The notes under the pieces are model-generated. The model saw only the letters and a list, made by a program, of their open reading frames with translations, did no database searches and was not told the origin of the DNA. Positions 61,145-64,000 of a DNA stretch of 64,000 bases are shown here, one piece after another (position 1 is the stretch's first letter; the number at the start of each line of letters is the position of its first letter). This DNA is from Desulfobulbaceae bacterium (GTDB taxonomy: Bacteria > Desulfobacterota > Desulfobulbia > Desulfobulbales > Desulfobulbaceae): the NCBI GenBank assembly GCA_015489765.1, contig WFZC01000037.1, positions 3,400 through 67,399 on the forward strand, in the 5' to 3' direction. Position numbers and translations under genes: made by a program.

Positions 61145-61468
61145 ATGAACAGACTGGACAAGCTCTCTTTCCTTTCCCCCTCGCAACCGACCATTCCTGC
61201 CAACAAAAAAAAGCTGGACAAGGACCGGGCCTCCCTGAAAAAATCCTGTCAACAATTCGAAGCCATCTTTATCCAGTCAATGTTCAAATCCATGCGCAAG
61301 ACCCTTCCCGATGGCGGCCTGTTCAAAAAAGACAATGCCCACGCTATCTACCAGGACATGTTTGACGCCGAGATTGCCAACGAAATTTCAACAAAACAGA
61401 GCATGGGCCTAGCCGACCAGATGTACCGCCAAATGGAAAAATATCTTTCCGATTCCGAAAAAAAATAA
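61145..61468 (+). CDS. flgJ: Rod-binding protein (FlgJ N-terminal domain only, no muramidase domain)
   Basis: SCQQFEAIFIQSMFKSMRKT...GLADQMYRQM is the Rod_binding signature. The product is only 107 aa. Confidence 0.8.
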   Translation: MNRLDKLSFLSPSQPTIPANKKKLDKDRASLKKSCQQFEAIFIQSMFKSMRKTLPDGGLFKKDNAHAIYQDMFDAEIANEISTKQSMGLADQMYRQMEKYLSDSEKK

Positions 61469-61476
61469 AAAAAAGG

Positions 61477-61504
61477 TAAAGTTTTCTTTCCACCAGGCCG
61501 ATAC
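61477..61504 (+). promoter_or_regulatory. Sigma-28 (FliA) promoter for the flgM operon
   Basis: TAAAGTTT (61477-61484), N12, GCCGATAC (61497-61504). That is 8/8 and 7/8 matches to the enterobacterial consensus TAAAGTTT-N11-GCCGATAA. Confidence 0.7.
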
Positions 61505-61579
61505 TCATGGTAACCGGAAGAAGAATTTCCGGTTGCCATGAGGCAAGGATGCTTCGTAAATCCAGCAGGGAGGCCGGAA

Positions 61580-62152
61580 ATGATCGAAAACACTATCTAC
61601 ATTCCGCATGCGCAATCCCCATTGCCCAGCCTGGGAAACCTTCAACCGGAAAAGAGTTTTTTTTCCGGAACCCCTGGGACTATCCGGCAAGGGAGCCTGC
61701 AGGACAGAATTACCCTCTACGCTGATGATTCCGGAGCTCCGCTTATCTACACCGCGTCAATGAGCCTGCAGACAGACGATGACGCAGATTATGACATACT
61801 GCAGGGCTTGGTTGCCAACCTGTTGAAAGAACAGGGAATTGAAACCAGGATTACAACAGAAACCAGCGAAATAGACATCAATGCCGTTACCCCGCAGGAG
61901 GCACACGACCTCACAGGTGATGATGGATATTTCGGCGTCGACAAAACATCGGACAGGATTGTCAAGATAGCCCTCGCCATGGCCGGTGGCGACCCTGGCC
62001 GGATTGATGCTATCAAGGAAGGTGTGGACAGAGGTTTTGAGGAGGCGTTGAAAGCCCTTGACGGCAAGCTGCCTGATATCTCATATGATACCTATGACGC
62101 AGTGATGGAAAAACTGGACAGGTGGGTATCCCTGTCCCACGAAGAAGGCTAA
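61580..62152 (+). CDS. Hypothetical acidic protein co-transcribed with flgM
   Basis: The product is 190 aa. ATG at 61580 follows GGGAGG. The C-terminal helical region is GYFGVDKTSDRIVKIALAMAGGDPGRIDAIKEGVDRGFEEALKAL. No function was recognised. Confidence 0.6.
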   Translation: MIENTIYIPHAQSPLPSLGNLQPEKSFFSGTPGTIRQGSLQDRITLYADDSGAPLIYTASMSLQTDDDADYDILQGLVANLLKEQGIETRITTETSEIDINAVTPQEAHDLTGDDGYFGVDKTSDRIVKIALAMAGGDPGRIDAIKEGVDRGFEEALKALDGKLPDISYDTYDAVMEKLDRWVSLSHEEG

Positions 62153-62174
62153 TATTTTATTACAGGTGGTCGTT

Positions 62175-62465
62175 ATGACAGTTGAATTTTTTGGAGTTCG
62201 CGGATTTGGCCCGATTGGACCCAACGGAAAAATCAGTCGCCCCGGAGAGGCGCAGAAATCAAAAAAAGCCGAAGGGGCGAAAGAGGCTTCCTTCTCATCA
62301 GCTCTGCAGGGCGCGCATGAAACCAGGGCAACTTCTGCTGCCGGAGATGCAGGCCGCGCCGCCAGGGTCCAGGAATTAAAAGAGCAGGTAGCCAACGGCT
62401 CCTACGAGCCGGACCTGAACAAGGTGGCATCCAGCCTGCTGAAATTTCTGGTCGAAGAGGGATGA
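62175..62465 (+). CDS. flgM: Anti-sigma-28 factor FlgM
   Basis: The C-terminus RVQELKEQVANGSYEPDLNKVASSLLKFL is the FlgM signature. ATG at 62175 follows AGGTGG. Confidence 0.85.
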   Translation: MTVEFFGVRGFGPIGPNGKISRPGEAQKSKKAEGAKEASFSSALQGAHETRATSAAGDAGRAARVQELKEQVANGSYEPDLNKVASSLLKFLVEEG

Positions 62466-62821
62466 TCATGACCAGGGAATCGGTACAGGAGCTTTTGCAG
62501 CAGTTGCACGCAACCATTCTCTCCGAGCGTGAACATGCCAAGGCCCTTGATCTTGCCGCCATGGCAGAGGACCGGCAAGAAAAAGAGGCCCTGCTGCAGG
62601 TCATAGGGACCATTGACAATTTGCACCCCGACGACCGGCACTTGGCTCAAAAAATCCAGCAGGAAAATCTGCGCAACGCCTACCTGTTCAAGGCAACCCT
62701 GAACTGGATTCAGGACACCATGGAATTTTTCGGCCGCAGCTCGGCACCGACCACCTACAGCCAGTATGGTGTCACCACCAATAACTGCGTCAATGGCCGC
62801 TTGTTGTCCGGCAGGATTTAA
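62462..62821 (+). CDS. flgN: FlgN-family flagellar chaperone
   Basis: It is a 119-aa helical protein. Its start overlaps the flgM stop and it lies upstream of flgK. The N-terminus VQELLQQLHATILSEREHAKAL is FlgN-like. Confidence 0.65.
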   Translation: MIMTRESVQELLQQLHATILSEREHAKALDLAAMAEDRQEKEALLQVIGTIDNLHPDDRHLAQKIQQENLRNAYLFKATLNWIQDTMEFFGRSSAPTTYSQYGVTTNNCVNGRLLSGRI

Positions 62822-62877
62822 CCGTATTTTTTCCTTCACGCCCCCCCCATCTTCCCATTTCTTTTCCTTTTTTCCGC

Positions 62878-62905
62878 TAAATTTTTTCCCCTGTTTTTCC
62901 GATAA
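62878..62905 (+). promoter_or_regulatory. Sigma-28 (FliA) promoter for flgK
   Basis: TAAATTTT, N12, TCCGATAA. The spacing is the same N12 as at 61477. It lies about 240 nt upstream of the flgK ATG. Confidence 0.6.
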
Positions 62906-63143
62906 GAAAGTCACACGGGTGCAAAAAACACGGATTCGATGCAACGTGCCATCGACTCCAAACGCCCGCAAAACAGATACCAGGTGACGGCTGAAGCCAC
63001 CCATACCACATCCTGGAGCCAGGACCTTACTCCCTAATGCCTGTCATAAAAAACAGGTACCCACTGGCTCGGAGAAAATTCTCAGGTATGGTAGGCCCGA
63101 TCCGGGCAATATTTTTTACAGGAAAAAATTTCGGACAGATTCC

Positions 63144-64000
63144 ATGAGCGGACTTCTCACAGCACTGAATGCAGGCAAAACAAGCCTGATGACCAACCAG
63201 AAATCCATTGAGATTGTCGGTAATAACATCGCCAATGTCAATACCGAGGGATACTCCAGGCAGCGGGCCGAGCTGATGCAGATCCCGGCGGTCAACTTCG
63301 GTGATTTTTTTGTCGGCCAGGGGGTTACGGTTTCCGATGTCAGCCGTGAACATAATGTATTTATCAATCGCCAACTGCAGGAAAAGTCCATCGCCCTGGG
63401 CGAGGAAAGCGGAAAATCGACTCCCTTAAGCGAACTGGAACGGATCTTTAATGTGTCCGATGACAACCTTGCCGGAAGCATCAATGATTTTTTCGACGCC
63501 TGGCAGCAACTGACCACCAATCCCAGCGGTCAGGTCGAGCGGGACATGGTCATGCAACGGGGCCGGCTAATGGGTGATGCCTTTGCCGACACCTATAATG
63601 AACTGGAAACCGTCCGCAACAATATCAACAACAACATTGTCTCCAAAATCGGCAATCTCAATGAACAGATATCAGAGGTTGCCAAACTCAACGATCGTAT
63701 TTTCCAGATCGAGGTGAACGGTCAGTCCGCCAATGCCGCCCGTGATCAACGCGACCTCATTGTGGAGAACCTGTCAAAAAGCCTCGGCATTCAATCCTAT
63801 ACAGATAACCGGGGCATGCTGGCCGTGCAACTGCCCGGCGGCACGCCGCTTGTCCAGGGCAATCAGGCCATGCCGCTCTCCGTTGTCACCAACGGCACCG
63901 ACGTCAATCTTCAGATCACCATTGGCGGCAACGTCAAGAATATCACCACCCAGGAACTGGGTGGAGAAATGAAGGGCATGTTTGACGTCAGGGATGATTT
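63144..64000 (+). CDS. flgK: Flagellar hook-associated protein 1 FlgK, 3' end outside window
   Basis: MSGLLTALNAGKTSLMTNQKSIEIVGNNIANVNTEGYSRQRAEL is the N-terminus. The frame stays open to base 64000 (ending ...GGEMKGMFDVRDD). It is absent from the ORF track because no stop falls within the window. Confidence 0.9.
   Translation, partial: MSGLLTALNAGKTSLMTNQKSIEIVGNNIANVNTEGYSRQRAELMQIPAVNFGDFFVGQGVTVSDVSREHNVFINRQLQEKSIALGEESGKSTPLSELERIFNVSDDNLAGSINDFFDAWQQLTTNPSGQVERDMVMQRGRLMGDAFADTYNELETVRNNINNNIVSKIGNLNEQISEVAKLNDRIFQIEVNGQSANAARDQRDLIVENLSKSLGIQSYTDNRGMLAVQLPGGTPLVQGNQAMPLSVVTNGTDVNLQITIGGNVKNITTQELGGEMKGMFDVRDD

Overview
This 64-kb chromosomal window is about 50-52% GC by eye. The gene content looks like a flagellated, sulfur-cycling, deltaproteobacterium-like (Desulfobacterota-type) organism; that taxon call is inference only. 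There are three blocks. (1) 1-6.1 kb is housekeeping: the 3' end of rlpA, a minus-strand trpE-G-D-C-F operon without trpBA, and rpsT with its promoter and terminator. (2) 6.3-23.4 kb is a periplasmic redox and sulfur island. It starts with a secreted two-module pentapeptide-repeat protein. Two minus-strand transcription units follow, separated by a terminator. The first unit encodes a TorD-like chaperone, a Tat-exported PsrA/PhsA-like molybdopterin oxidoreductase, an FeS subunit, a nine-haem cytochrome c, an NrfD-type membrane subunit and a second Tat FeS subunit. The second unit encodes a membrane-anchored cytochrome c with 19 CxxCH motifs, a cytochrome b, a small membrane protein and a secreted tandem rhodanese. 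The island also holds a tetrahaem cytochrome c3, an octahaem cytochrome and a secreted SNase-type nuclease. (3) 23.5-64 kb is a motility super-locus. It begins with a stand-alone cNMP-binding protein next to a sensor-less sigma-54 activator. A minus-strand cheY-cheX-cheX group and a 635-aa double-CheX/pseudo-receiver protein come next. A nearly complete single-locus flagellar regulon then follows: TPR gene, flgBC, fliEFGHIJ, motE-like, fliK, flgDE, motAB, fliLMNOPQR, flhBAFG, fliA, flgFGAHIJ, flgMN and the 5' part of flgK. No rRNA, tRNA, CRISPR array, transposase or integrase was recognised. The observations most worth follow-up are these: (a) An in-frame TGA sits in the active-site loop of the rhodanese gene (C-x4-U) and is followed by a hairpin, so it may encode selenocysteine. 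(b) A roughly 100-nt structured repeat family has six copies, and an inverted pair brackets the hook gene flgE. (c) A second, MITE-like palindromic repeat has two copies. (d) An ATGAAT-N4-RTTCAT palindrome lies upstream of three cytochrome/oxidoreductase units. (e) A perfect 8-bp x 10 tandem repeat lies between fliE and fliF. (f) The chemotaxis module is unusually rich in CheX domains. (g) Two sigma-28 promoters share the same spacing. All functional calls rest on motif recognition by eye; no database search was run.
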